From contig CAVFKD010000001.1 in assembly GCA_963623095.1 (NCBI GenBank), forward strand, positions 19,204 through 83,203: a stretch of 64,000 nucleotides of DNA. Reading direction: 5' to 3'. A program made the translations under genes and the position numbers. Source of the DNA: a bacterium (GTDB lineage Bacteria; Bacillota_I; Bacilli_A; RFN20; CAG-449). Below the pieces are notes generated by a model. The model was not told the DNA's origin and made no database searches. It saw only the letters and a program-made list of their open reading frames with translations. This document shows, one piece after another, positions 10,156 to 20,097 of the stretch. The first letter of the stretch is position 1. Each line of letters opens with the position of its first letter.

Positions 10156-11166
10156 TTAAGCTCCTATAAAAGGGAAATAAGCAATGATAATAATAATCAT
10201 TGTAACACTGAAACTTGTAACCATTAATGAATCAATACGATCTAGTATACCTCCATGTCCAGGAAGTAAATTAGAATAATCTTTAATTCCAAAATAACGT
10301 TTAATCGCAGAGAAGATAAAATCTCCTAATACTGCGACAATAGGCATAATAAGTGATACTAATAAAATCCACCACCAATGTGTATGATCTAATATTCCAC
10401 TTAAAAGAGGTATACCACATAAGCTTAAAATTAATCCAAATAAGAAACTACCAATAAATGAGAAAATAATTCCTCCGAAGAATCCTTCCCATGTTTTATT
10501 TGGAGAGATACGAGGATTCATCTTATGTTTACCAAATAAGACACCAAAGCAATAAGCACCAATATCATTAAAGAATGCGCCAATTACTACATAGATGAAT
10601 AAGAAAGAAGATAAGATTTGATTACCGCCGTAATTAAAAGCATTTTCTAATCCTCCAAGAGAAATTCCTGACATTGGAACATATCTTAAAAATAATAAAG
10701 ATTGTATACCGATGCCAATAAAAATAGACATAGTAGAATAATAACAAGCATCAGAGACAGAGAAATTTTCATGTATCATACTCGCGAAGAATAATACTAA
10801 GAACTCAAAAGCAATACCTAATGTAGAAACTCCGATATTAGAAATAATAATATTGCCATCATGAATTACTTCTCCATTATTCCAGTTTTTAAAGAAAACC
10901 CAGAAGATAAAAGATAAACTCATAATAAAAGTAAATATCTTAATCCATAATGGAACATTCTTTTGCTTTAATACATGTATAAATTCGTATATTGCACCAA
11001 GTGAAACTAAAACAATTAAAGCAAGATATGCGTAATTACCAAATAATAAGCAAGGTACGCAAACAGCAAATAAAACTAAACCTGTAATAGTTCTAGTTTT
11101 AAATGACTTTTTTGTATTTTCTGAAATCTCATTAACATGGAGACCGTTATTTTGTTTATTTTCCAT
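10156..11166 (-). CDS. cdsA: Phosphatidate cytidylyltransferase (CDP-diglyceride synthase)
   Basis: Polytopic membrane protein with a CTP_transf_1-like C-terminal signature (GHGGILDRIDS). Immediately upstream of dxr. Start set to ATG after the TTG reported in the track. Confidence 0.75.
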   Translation of the reverse strand: MENKQNNGLHVNEISENTKKSFKTRTITGLVLFAVCVPCLLFGNYAYLALIVLVSLGAIYEFIHVLKQKNVPLWIKIFTFIMSLSFIFWVFFKNWNNGEVIHDGNIIISNIGVSTLGIAFEFLVLFFASMIHENFSVSDACYYSTMSIFIGIGIQSLLFLRYVPMSGISLGGLENAFNYGGNQILSSFLFIYVVIGAFFNDIGAYCFGVLFGKHKMNPRISPNKTWEGFFGGIIFSFIGSFLFGLILSLCGIPLLSGILDHTHWWWILLVSLIMPIVAVLGDFIFSAIKRYFGIKDYSNLLPGHGGILDRIDSLMVTSFSVTMIIIIIAYFPFIGA

Positions 11167-11384
11167 CAAATCACCTGTCCTTGTAATTGTTTTTAATTAT
11201 ACTATATAATTAAATCTTATAAAATAAAATCATTAAAAAACGCCGTTACTTTTTTTTAAATCTTAATAATTATTTATTCAAAAATATTAACTATCCAAAT
11301 TAAAATAAAACTTAACATTATTTAATTTTTTTAAAATATGTGGATTTTAGCATAAAAACAAGCATTATAAAATAAATTTATCAT

Positions 11385-11409
11385 CAAAAAAGGCTGCCAT
11401 AAGCAGCCC
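11385..11409 (-). terminator. Intrinsic terminator downstream of frr (GGCTGC-cataa-GCAGCC + U-tract on minus strand)
   Basis: Perfect 6-bp GC-rich stem directly followed by a T6 run on the minus strand (A-run on plus). Confidence 0.7.
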
Positions 11410-11415
11410 TATAAA

Positions 11416-11958
11416 TTAAATTGTCATGATTTCTTTTTCTTTAGAAGCGTATTCGTCATCGATCTTCTTGCAATATTCATCAGTTAATTTTTGAACATCA
11501 GCTTGAAGTTTCTTTTCCATATCTTCTGGATATTCTGCATTTTTGATCATGTCTAAGCAATCTCTTCTTGCATTACGAATAACAACTTTACCTTCTTCAG
11601 AATATTTCTTTGCAGTTTTAGCGATATCTCTTCTTCTTTCTTCAGTTAATGCTGGAATATTTAATCTAATAACATTTCCATCATTAATAGGAGTAATGCC
11701 TAAATTTGAAGCATTTAAAGCTGCGACAATTGCTTTTGCATCATTCTTATCATAAGGTTTAATTAATAATTGTCTTGCTTCAGGAATTGTAACTGAAGCA
11801 ATTTGGTTTAAAGCAATCATATCACCATAATATTCAACTTGGATATTATCAAGCATTGATACGCTTGCTCTACCTGTTCTTAAAGTAGATAAATTATTTC
11901 TTAAAGAAGCAATACCTTTTTCCATTTCTTCTTTAGCTAATTCAATTTCTTCTTCCAT
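11416..11958 (-). CDS. frr: Ribosome recycling factor
   Basis: Motif RTGRASVSMLDNIQVEYYG. Start assigned to the internal Met (MEEEIELAK...), which has RBS AAAGGAG 7 nt upstream and abuts the pyrH stop. Confidence 0.9.
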   Translation of the reverse strand: MEEEIELAKEEMEKGIASLRNNLSTLRTGRASVSMLDNIQVEYYGDMIALNQIASVTIPEARQLLIKPYDKNDAKAIVAALNASNLGITPINDGNVIRLNIPALTEERRRDIAKTAKKYSEEGKVVIRNARRDCLDMIKNAEYPEDMEKKLQADVQKLTDEYCKKIDDEYASKEKEIMTI

Positions 11959-11959
11959 C

Positions 11960-12682
11960 TTATTCTCCTTTAATTGTTGTACCAACTTTTTCTCCATCGA
12001 GGATTTTTGTTAGGTTAGAAGTGTCATTCATATTGAAGACACGAATTTCAATGCCAGAATTTTTACATAATGAAACTGCAGTTGCATCCATAACTTGTAA
12101 ATCTCTTTCAAGCATTCCTTGATATGTGATTTCAGAAATAAATTCTGCATTTTTATCAGTTTTAGGGTCTGCGGTAAAGACGCCGTCAACACCATTTTTA
12201 CCCATGAAAATTGCATCACATCCAACTTCACTTGCTCTTAAAGCTGCACATGTATCAGTTGTGAAATATGGGTTACCTGTGCCGCCGCCAAAGATAACAA
12301 CTCTACCTTTTTCAAGGTGTCTAATTGCTCTTCTTTGTACATATGGTTCAGCGACTTGTCTAATTTCAAGACTTGTCATAACTCTTGTACATACACCAAC
12401 TTGTTCTAATGCAGATTGTAACGCTAAAGCATTAATGATTGTTCCAAGCATTCCCATGTAGTCTGCAGTAGATCTTTCAACACCAATTGAAGAAGCTAAT
12501 TTTCCTCTCCAGATGTTTCCTCCACCGACAACGATACAAATTTGAACGCCTCTATCATGTAATACTTTGATAGCTTCTGCCATATATTTTAAATTTGATG
12601 CGTCAAAGATTTCACCATTTACTTTATCTGCAAGAGATTCTCCAGAGACTTTAAGTAAAATTCTATTATATTTGTTTGCCAT
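11960..12682 (-). CDS. pyrH: UMP kinase
   Basis: Motifs KVSGESL and GGGN. Start at MANKYNRILLK with RBS GAGGAG. Confidence 0.9.
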   Translation of the reverse strand: MANKYNRILLKVSGESLADKVNGEIFDASNLKYMAEAIKVLHDRGVQICIVVGGGNIWRGKLASSIGVERSTADYMGMLGTIINALALQSALEQVGVCTRVMTSLEIRQVAEPYVQRRAIRHLEKGRVVIFGGGTGNPYFTTDTCAALRASEVGCDAIFMGKNGVDGVFTADPKTDKNAEFISEITYQGMLERDLQVMDATAVSLCKNSGIEIRVFNMNDTSNLTKILDGEKVGTTIKGE

Positions 12683-12703
12683 AATAATACTCCTCAAATT
12701 CTT

Positions 12704-12733
12704 GAAAAAAGCACTCGAAAAAGAGTGCTTTTA
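12704..12733 (-). terminator. Intrinsic terminator/attenuator between tsf and pyrH (AGCACTC-gaaaaa-GAGTGCT + T6)
   Basis: 7-bp stem followed by TTTTTT on the minus strand, in the 38-bp tsf-pyrH gap. Confidence 0.55.
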
Positions 12734-12735
12734 AA

Positions 12736-13602
12736 TTACATTTGTTTTGCAACTTCTTCAGCAAAGTTTTCTTCCTTCTTTTGCATACCTTCACCGACTT
12801 GATAACGGATGAATTTAACAACAGAAGCATTGCCATTCTTTAAAATAGCTTCGACTTTTTGTGATGGATCTAAAATGTATTCTTGTGAAAGTAATACAGA
12901 TTCACCTAAGTATTTATTAACTTTACCTTCGATAATCTTAATAAGAGCTTGTTCTGGTTTGCCTGCTAATTTTGGATCGTTCTTAGAAGCTTCTAATTGA
13001 ACTTTCTTTTCGTTTTCAATAACGTCTGCAGGGATATCACTTGCTTGAACATATGTTGGGTTATTAGCAGCAATAGTCATAGAAATGCCTTTAGCCATTT
13101 CATCTGTGCCACCTTCAACTAATGTTAAAACTGAAATCTTACCACCCATGTGTTTGTACATACCAAATCTTTGAGTAGCTGTTTTTGTAACAATTTCAAA
13201 TCTTCTTAAATCTAATTTTTCACCAATCTTAACTGTAGCGTTTGTGAATAATTCATTTGTTAATTCTTTTGCGCAGTTAATGCAAGCTGGTTTTTCTTTT
13301 AAGATAACTTCAGCAACATCGCTTACTAATTGTTTGAAAGGATCTGAATTTGCAACGAAGTCTGTTTCAGAGTTAATTTCTAAAATAACTGCTGTATCGC
13401 CTTCTGCGATAACATGTGTTAAACCTTCAGCAGCAATTCTTGAAGCTTTCTTAACAGCTTTAGCAATACCTTTTTCTCTTAACCATTCGCATGATTTTTC
13501 AATATCTGAATCGCAAGCAAGTAAAGCTGCTTTACAATCCATCATACCAGCACCGGTACGTTCTCTTAATACTTTAATTAATTCGATTAAACTTGAAGCC
13601 AT
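12736..13602 (-). CDS. tsf: Elongation factor Ts
   Basis: N-terminal UBA-like motif LRERTGAGMMDCKAAL. Confidence 0.9.
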   Translation of the reverse strand: MASSLIELIKVLRERTGAGMMDCKAALLACDSDIEKSCEWLREKGIAKAVKKASRIAAEGLTHVIAEGDTAVILEINSETDFVANSDPFKQLVSDVAEVILKEKPACINCAKELTNELFTNATVKIGEKLDLRRFEIVTKTATQRFGMYKHMGGKISVLTLVEGGTDEMAKGISMTIAANNPTYVQASDIPADVIENEKKVQLEASKNDPKLAGKPEQALIKIIEGKVNKYLGESVLLSQEYILDPSQKVEAILKNGNASVVKFIRYQVGEGMQKKEENFAEEVAKQM

Positions 13603-13634
13603 AATTTTCCCCTTTTTAGTTTTGAATAAATAAA

Positions 13635-14630
13635 TTATTCAGCTTTTGGTTCTTCAGCAACTGGAGCTGCTGGAGTTTCAGTTTTTTCAGCTGGTTTAGC
13701 TGCTTTTGGAGAGTACTTTTTAACTGTTACTCTTTTGCCAGAAGCTTTTTTAGCTGCTAATGCATCTTCAATCTTCTTAGCTTTGATTAATTTTAATTCT
13801 TCTTGTTTGTCAAATGAATTTAATGCATCGACCATTGAAACTTCTTCATCTGGTTGTACATTGTAAGCAACTGTTGTTTGGCCACCTTTAGCTTCAACAA
13901 CTGCATCAGCCATTAAACCAACAATTAATTTGATAGCCTTATTTGCGTCATCATTTGATGGAATTGCATAGTCTACTTCATCTGGATCAGCATTTGTATC
14001 GATGATACCGAATACTGGGATACCTAATTTCTTAGCTTCTGCAACTGCGTTGTGTTCTAATTTTGGATCAACTACGAAGATAGCATTTGGAGTTCTTCTC
14101 ATAGCTTTGATACCATCTAAGTTAGCTAATAATTTTTCTTTTTCTTTCTTTAATAAAACAACTTCTTTCTTTGGTAATGATTCGAATGTACCATCAATTT
14201 CCATTGTTTCTAATGAATTTAAATATTTAATTCTCTTTTGGATTGTTTTGAAGTTAGTTAATGTACCGCCTAACCATCTATTTGAAACATAGAATGATCC
14301 TGAACGTAATGCTTCTTCAACAACGATTTCTTTTGCTTGTGGTTTTGTACCAACGAATAATACTTTACCGCCTTCAGCAACGATTTTCTTTAAAGCATGA
14401 TATGCTTCTTGAACTTTTTGAGCAGTTTTTACTAAGTCAATGATATAAATACCATTTCTTGAGCCGTAAATGTATTTGCTCATTTTTGGATTCCATCTTC
14501 TTGTTTGATGTCCGAAGTGGCATCCTGCTTCTAATAATCTTTTTGTAGATACAACTGGTTCGTTTTCATCATGGATAACATTAGCCATAACGCTTTCTTC
14601 AGTTACTACAGTTTCTAATTCTTCACTCAT
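13635..14630 (-). CDS. rpsB: 30S ribosomal protein S2 with short N-terminal and ~60-aa Lys/Ala/Pro-rich C-terminal extensions
   Basis: Core motif [19 protein letters not shown]. 331 aa versus the usual ~250. Strong RBS GGAGG before the first ATG. Confidence 0.9.
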   Translation of the reverse strand: MSEELETVVTEESVMANVIHDENEPVVSTKRLLEAGCHFGHQTRRWNPKMSKYIYGSRNGIYIIDLVKTAQKVQEAYHALKKIVAEGGKVLFVGTKPQAKEIVVEEALRSGSFYVSNRWLGGTLTNFKTIQKRIKYLNSLETMEIDGTFESLPKKEVVLLKKEKEKLLANLDGIKAMRRTPNAIFVVDPKLEHNAVAEAKKLGIPVFGIIDTNADPDEVDYAIPSNDDANKAIKLIVGLMADAVVEAKGGQTTVAYNVQPDEEVSMVDALNSFDKQEELKLIKAKKIEDALAAKKASGKRVTVKKYSPKAAKPAEKTETPAAPVAEEPKAE

Positions 14631-14755
14631 AGTGAACCTCCATTTGTTTATTCCTCCTTTGCTTCTAACATCAGCCCTAATTTTCTTGCCCCTTGGCTAA
14701 TTAGACGTGGCGATGAATCCACAAAGTGTGTAGTCTCTATTTCTAGAGCCAATTT

Positions 14756-14784
14756 ATTCTATCATATTAAAAAGTCTCTATCAA
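14756..14784 (-). promoter_or_regulatory. Putative sigma-A promoter of rpsB (TTGATA-N17-TAGAAT on minus strand) giving a ~118-nt leader
   Basis: Read directly on the reverse complement: TTGATAgagactttttaatatgaTAGAAT. Confidence 0.5.
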
Positions 14785-14796
14785 CAAAAATATTTC

Positions 14797-15714
14797 CTAT
14801 TTGTCACCCTTTTTAGCTCTCGGAAAATAGTTTTGATATGATTCAATCATTTTGCTAGTTGAAATATGAGTATAGACTTGGGTTGTTTCTAAAGATTCAT
14901 GACCTAATATTTCTTGTATAACTCTTAAATCAACTCCAGAATCTAATAAATGAGTCGCGAAAGAATGACGCATCTTATGAGGATGTAAATCAAGTTCCAT
15001 ACCAATTTTCTTTTCGACACTTTTTAAAATATATTCAACTCCACGAGTAGTAAGTGGATCACCTCTAGAATTTAAAAATAAAGCATTGGTTGGTTTTTCA
15101 ATCTTATTTTTTTCAATTATTTCATTTCGGCATTCACTTATATATTTGTCTAATGCTTTTTTGCATTCAATTGAATAAGGAACAATTCTTTCTTTGTTTC
15201 CTTTACCAACTACCCTAATAATTCTTTGATTTGGATTTAAACTATCTAAAGTTAAACTTACAAGTTCACTGACTCGAAGTCCCGAAGCATATAAAAGTTC
15301 TAATATAGCATGATCTCTTAATGCGAGGAAATCTTCTCTTTTACTATCTTCTTCAAATAATTTATCTAGTTCCTCTTGATGGAGAAAATCAGGTAAAGTT
15401 TTATCTAACTTTGGCGAAGAAATAATTGAAAAAGGATTAAATTTTACATCTCCTTGTTTTAACATCCATTCATAGAATCTTCTTAAAGCAACAAGTCTTC
15501 TTTGGGATGATCTTTTAGAAATACCATTAAGTGTTTCTTCAAGCAAAAAATTTCTAATTAAATTAGATTCGACATCTTGAAAACTTGCATTTTCTTTTTC
15601 CATGAATTCCAAAAACTTATATATATCTCTTCGATATGAATCAATTGTATTTTTGGAATATCCTTTTTGAAAAGACAAATATTCTAAATACTTTTCTACT
15701 TCATCATTAATCAT
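14797..15714 (-). CDS. xerC: Tyrosine site-specific recombinase XerC/XerD (CodV-like)
   Basis: C-terminal catalytic motifs HxxRHSFATHLL, LGH..L.TTQ.YTH. Conserved topA-trmFO-xerC context argues for the chromosomal dimer-resolution enzyme, not a phage integrase. Confidence 0.8.
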   Translation of the reverse strand: MINDEVEKYLEYLSFQKGYSKNTIDSYRRDIYKFLEFMEKENASFQDVESNLIRNFLLEETLNGISKRSSQRRLVALRRFYEWMLKQGDVKFNPFSIISSPKLDKTLPDFLHQEELDKLFEEDSKREDFLALRDHAILELLYASGLRVSELVSLTLDSLNPNQRIIRVVGKGNKERIVPYSIECKKALDKYISECRNEIIEKNKIEKPTNALFLNSRGDPLTTRGVEYILKSVEKKIGMELDLHPHKMRHSFATHLLDSGVDLRVIQEILGHESLETTQVYTHISTSKMIESYQNYFPRAKKGDK

Positions 15715-16987
15715 TGTTTTGTTTTATCCATTCTTTTAAAGATGCAATACTTCTAAGTGCAACTTCATTTTTATCTTTAGTGATATTTAGCATGATGCCA
15801 AAATTTGCGTTCATAGGCGCAAAGTTTTTAACACTTGCATGAGTGATATAATTAACAATTGATCCCATCATAGTAGTATCTGGGATTTTATTAAATTCTT
15901 TTCCTTTAAGTTTTCTATCTAAATATACTGCGCATAATAAACCAGAAGCCGCGGATTCAACATATCCTTCTACACCAGATAATTGACCAACAATGTAGAT
16001 ATTTTCATGTCCTTTAATAGAAAAATCGCTATTTAAAAATTTTGGTGCGCATATATATGAGTTTCTATGCATTAAACCATAACGAACATATTTTGCGTTC
16101 TTTAATCCAGGAATCAAGCTAAATACTCTTTTTTGTTCTCCATAAGTTAGATTTGTTTGGAATCCAACCATGTTATATAAACTCGCGGATACATTATCTT
16201 GTCTAAGTTGTAATACTGCATAAGGTTTATTTCCATTATATTCTAGTCCCTTAGGTTTTAATGGTCCAAAACGCAATGTCTTTTCTCCTCTTAATGCCAT
16301 TACTTCAATAGGCATACATCCTTCAAAGACTTTATCAAAATCATGTAAAGTCGCTCTTTGGGCATTTATTAATTCATTATAGAAAATATCATATTCTTCT
16401 TTTGTAAAAGGACAGTTGATATAAGAATCATCACCTTGATCATATCTAGATTTACGATAAGCAATATTCATATCGATTGAACTTGCTTCAATAATTGGCG
16501 CGGCAGCATCATAAAAATAGAAATGTTCTTCACCTAGCATTGTTGCGATTTCTTTTGATAAGTCTTCATCAGTTAAAGGTCCAGTCGCAATAATATTAAT
16601 TCCATCTTTAAAAGTAGTTACTACTTCAGGAATAACTTCAATATTTGGATTATCATTAATTGCTTTTGTAATATATGAAGAAAAGATATCTCTATCAACA
16701 CTTAATGCATTTCCTGCAGGTACTTCTGAATTAGAAGCTGCTTCCATCATGATAGAGCCAAAGTATTTCATTTCTTCTTTTAAAAGTCCGCAGGCATTAT
16801 CTAAGTTTTTATTTTTTAATGAATTACTACATACTAATTCTCCAAAGCCATCTAAATGATGTGCAGGAGATTTTTTAATAGTTTTTTGTTCATATAATCT
16901 TACTTTATAGCCTTTATTTGCTAAATACAAACTTGCTTCACTACCTGCAAGTCCTCCTCCAATAACATTGATAATAATTTCTTCCAT
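15707..16987 (-). CDS. trmFO: Methylenetetrahydrofolate--tRNA-(uracil54-C5)-methyltransferase TrmFO (Gid)
   Basis: FAD-binding N-terminus VIGGGLAGSEA. 426 aa. Position after topA as in Bacillus. Confidence 0.9.
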   Translation of the reverse strand: MEEIIINVIGGGLAGSEASLYLANKGYKVRLYEQKTIKKSPAHHLDGFGELVCSNSLKNKNLDNACGLLKEEMKYFGSIMMEAASNSEVPAGNALSVDRDIFSSYITKAINDNPNIEVIPEVVTTFKDGINIIATGPLTDEDLSKEIATMLGEEHFYFYDAAAPIIEASSIDMNIAYRKSRYDQGDDSYINCPFTKEEYDIFYNELINAQRATLHDFDKVFEGCMPIEVMALRGEKTLRFGPLKPKGLEYNGNKPYAVLQLRQDNVSASLYNMVGFQTNLTYGEQKRVFSLIPGLKNAKYVRYGLMHRNSYICAPKFLNSDFSIKGHENIYIVGQLSGVEGYVESAASGLLCAVYLDRKLKGKEFNKIPDTTMMGSIVNYITHASVKNFAPMNANFGIMLNITKDKNEVALRSIASLKEWIKQNND

Positions 16988-17052
16988 AGTATAACCTCAC
17001 CATCTAGTATATATTAACAAAACAGGCATAAAAAAAGAAGACATAAAGTCTT

Positions 17053-19149
17053 CTAATTTTTCTTAATTGATTCTATATATCTACATTTAGGGAATGAAGA
17101 ACAAGCATAGAAATCTGACTTACCATTTTTACCTTTTTTAATAAGTAAAGGTGAATTACATTTTGGACATAATTTATCAGAAACTACTGGTTCTTCTTTC
17201 TTTGGTGCTTCACTATTTTCATTTTCTAAGATGAAACGACATTTAGGGAAACCTGCACATCCATAGAAGTCACCTTTTTTAGAATGTCTTTTTACTAAAG
17301 GCTTACCGCATTCTGGGCAAACTCTACCTTCTAAAATTTCAACTTCCTTCTTTTCGTTTTGTTTAATATAGTCACAATCTGGATAATTACTACATCCTAC
17401 AAACTCACCAAATTTACTTTTTCTTATAACAAGTGGAGAACCACATTTTGGGCATAATTCACCTGTTTGTTTTGGTTCTGTTTTCTTCATCGCAGTAATC
17501 GCGTTTTCATATAATGGTTCAAATTCATTATAGAACTTGTTTAATAAAGTTAATTTTTCAGAAGTACCTTCCGCGATTGTATCAAGATCTTTTTCCATTG
17601 ATGCAGTATAAGTTGTATCCATAAATGGAGGGAAGAATTCTCCAAGCTTATCGCTTGTTTCCATACCTTGAGAAGTAGGAATAATTGTTCCTTTTTCTTG
17701 TTTGATATAATCTCTATCATACAATGTAGAAATAGTTGAAGCATAAGTAGAAGGTCTACCAATGCCTAATTCTTCCATTGTTTTAACAATCTTTGCTTCA
17801 GTAAATCTACTTGGTCCTTGAGTGAAATGTTGAAGCTTATTAAATTCTTTAACATCAATTTCTTGACCAACTTCTAATTTAGGTAATTTATTTTCTTCTT
17901 CATTATCTAAATCATAAATCTTAGAATAACCATCAAAGATAGTTCTAACTCCTCCGCTGGAGAATAAGAATTCATCTTTTTCAAATTTAATAGAAGTAAG
18001 TTCATCAATTCTTGGAGACATTAATGAAGCTAAAGCTCTATTGTAAATTAATTTATAAAGGTTATATTGTTCAGTTGTTAAATGAGATTTAATACTCTTT
18101 GGAGTTAAATCAAGTCTAGTAGGTCTAATAGCTTCATGTGCATCTTGGGCTAGAGCATTATTCTTTTTAGTTGATACTCCACCTAAATAATTACTACCAT
18201 AATTTGATTCAATATAATCATTCGCATCTTTAATAAATTCTGGTGATAGTCTTATAGAGTCAGTTCTCATATATGTAATTAAACCAACTGTTTCACTACC
18301 AATATCAATACCTTCATATAACTTTTGAGCGATACTACTTGTCTTCTTAGTTGAATATTTATGTTTATTAAATGCTTCAATTTGTAAAGTAGAAGTAGTA
18401 AATGGAGGTTTTGGATTTACTTTTCTTTGTTTAGTTTGAATATCTTTAACGCTGATGGATTTTGGTAATTTGTTTAATACTTTAGTCGCATCATCTTCTG
18501 TTTTAAGTAATACATCTTCATTATTAATTAAATCGAGTTTAACTTTAATATCATTTGAAAGTAATCCTTCGATAGTCCAATATTCTTCAGGAACGAAAGC
18601 GAGTACTTTCTTTTCTCTTTCAACAATTAATTTTAAAGTGACAGATTGAACTCTACCCGCGGATAAAGAACCAATCTTTCTTTTTAATAAAGTAGATAAT
18701 TTAAATCCCATGATACGATCAATAATACGTCTAGTTTCTTGGGAATTAACTAAATCCATATCTAATATACGAGGATTATTTAATGCTTTAGTAACCGCAG
18801 GTTTAGTAATTTCATGGAATTCTAATCTTTTAGTATTCTTATAATCTAATTTTAATACTTCACTTAAATGCCAAGAAATAGCTTCTCCTTCTCTATCAGG
18901 GTCGGTTGCAAGAATTACTTCATCGCATTTCTTTGCTTCTTTTTTTAAATCTGCGATAACTTTCTTTTTATCCGCAGAATCGACATAAGTAGGTTTGAAG
19001 TCATTTTCAATATCGACTCCAAGTCCTCCTTTTCCTCTAGTTGATAAGTCTCTAATATGACCATAACTAGCCATTACCTTATATTCGTTTCCTAAATAAG
19101 ATTGAATAGTATGACATTTAGTTGGAGATTCGACAATAACAAGTTTCAT
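17053..19149 (-). CDS. topA: DNA topoisomerase I with three C-terminal C4 zinc ribbons
   Basis: Toprim N-terminus MKLVIVESPTK, the active-site region, and CPKCG/CPECG/CPKCN repeats. RBS AGGAGG. Confidence 0.95.
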   Translation of the reverse strand: MKLVIVESPTKCHTIQSYLGNEYKVMASYGHIRDLSTRGKGGLGVDIENDFKPTYVDSADKKKVIADLKKEAKKCDEVILATDPDREGEAISWHLSEVLKLDYKNTKRLEFHEITKPAVTKALNNPRILDMDLVNSQETRRIIDRIMGFKLSTLLKRKIGSLSAGRVQSVTLKLIVEREKKVLAFVPEEYWTIEGLLSNDIKVKLDLINNEDVLLKTEDDATKVLNKLPKSISVKDIQTKQRKVNPKPPFTTSTLQIEAFNKHKYSTKKTSSIAQKLYEGIDIGSETVGLITYMRTDSIRLSPEFIKDANDYIESNYGSNYLGGVSTKKNNALAQDAHEAIRPTRLDLTPKSIKSHLTTEQYNLYKLIYNRALASLMSPRIDELTSIKFEKDEFLFSSGGVRTIFDGYSKIYDLDNEEENKLPKLEVGQEIDVKEFNKLQHFTQGPSRFTEAKIVKTMEELGIGRPSTYASTISTLYDRDYIKQEKGTIIPTSQGMETSDKLGEFFPPFMDTTYTASMEKDLDTIAEGTSEKLTLLNKFYNEFEPLYENAITAMKKTEPKQTGELCPKCGSPLVIRKSKFGEFVGCSNYPDCDYIKQNEKKEVEILEGRVCPECGKPLVKRHSKKGDFYGCAGFPKCRFILENENSEAPKKEEPVVSDKLCPKCNSPLLIKKGKNGKSDFYACSSFPKCRYIESIKKN

Positions 19150-19276
19150 ATATAGCGTTCCTCCTCAATTGCTTAATTATTATGCTTTCGTTTAGTAGCA
19201 ATGTCAAACATTTTTTAAGGGAAAATTTGTCCCATTTTCCTCTTATTATTAATAAGATAATAATAAGGAATTTTTT

Positions 19277-20041
19277 CTAAAATTCTTCAATGATGTCTTT
19301 TGAACTAGAAACAAGTTTAGCCCCTTCTTGAATTAGGGTATTTCCAAAATCATTATCAAAAATAGAATGAGGAACAACAAATATATCCTTACCATCATTT
19401 AAAGCAAACCTAACACTTATCAATGTTCCTGAATTTTGTTTAACTTCTGGGATTAGTATTTTATCTGATAATCCAACTATGATTCTATTTCTATTTGCAA
19501 AGGTATTTCTTGATACTGTTTCTTTAAATGGGTATTCAGAAATAACAAGTCCTTTTTCTTTTATCTCTTCATAAAGACGATAATTTTCTTTAGGATAGCA
19601 ATAATCAATTCCTGTTCCTAATACTGCGATAGTTTTAAAATTATTTTCTAAAGCGCATTTATGGGCAATAGTATCTATCCCATAAGCAAGGCCAGAAACA
19701 ATTACTGGATTTAAGTTTTTAAGTCCACTTAATAGACTTAGAGTTGATTTTTCTCCATAGGAAGAATAATCCCTAGATCCTACCACTCCTAAATAATGAC
19801 GATGTTTTAATAAACTAATATCTCCATAATAAAATAGAATAAACGGAGGCTTATAGATGTTTTTTAAACATTTTGGGTAATCTTCATCAATCAGTGTTAC
19901 ATAATTACACTTCAGTTCTTGGACCTTTTTTAGAATATTTTCATCATCTAATTTCTCAGTTTTATTAAAGGCTTCTTTAATGTTATCCCAATCGCCTTTA
20001 TACTTAATCGCGAAATAACATACAATCTCTCTTACGTTCAT
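19277..20041 (-). CDS. dprA: DNA processing protein DprA (Smf), Rossmann-like domain only
   Basis: Motif GLAYGIDTIAHKCALE. Conserved dprA-topA adjacency. Confidence 0.8.
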   Translation of the reverse strand: MNVREIVCYFAIKYKGDWDNIKEAFNKTEKLDDENILKKVQELKCNYVTLIDEDYPKCLKNIYKPPFILFYYGDISLLKHRHYLGVVGSRDYSSYGEKSTLSLLSGLKNLNPVIVSGLAYGIDTIAHKCALENNFKTIAVLGTGIDYCYPKENYRLYEEIKEKGLVISEYPFKETVSRNTFANRNRIIVGLSDKILIPEVKQNSGTLISVRFALNDGKDIFVVPHSIFDNDFGNTLIQEGAKLVSSSKDIIEEF

Positions 20042-20097
20042 AAAAAAATATCTCCTTCATTAATAAATAATGTGGAGATATTTCAAATAATCCTAAA

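Noticed and set aside
11543-13633. Antisense or nested ORFs in the frr/pyrH/tsf block (11543-11755+, 12028-12231-, 12126-12461+, 12809-13000+, 13244-13633+)
   Set aside because: Opposite-strand or out-of-frame relative to highly conserved translation-factor genes. 12028-12231 is an alternative frame of pyrH.
14002-14443. Plus-strand ORFs antisense to rpsB
   Set aside because: rpsB is unambiguous. These are artefacts of the Lys/Glu-rich codon usage on the reverse strand.
14797-15714. XerC-type recombinase as a marker of an integrated mobile element
   Set aside because: It sits in the conserved chromosomal topA-trmFO-xerC context with no flanking direct repeats, phage genes or tRNA, so it is the housekeeping dimer-resolution recombinase.
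17550-18649. Small ORFs within topA
   Set aside because: Nested in or antisense to topA.
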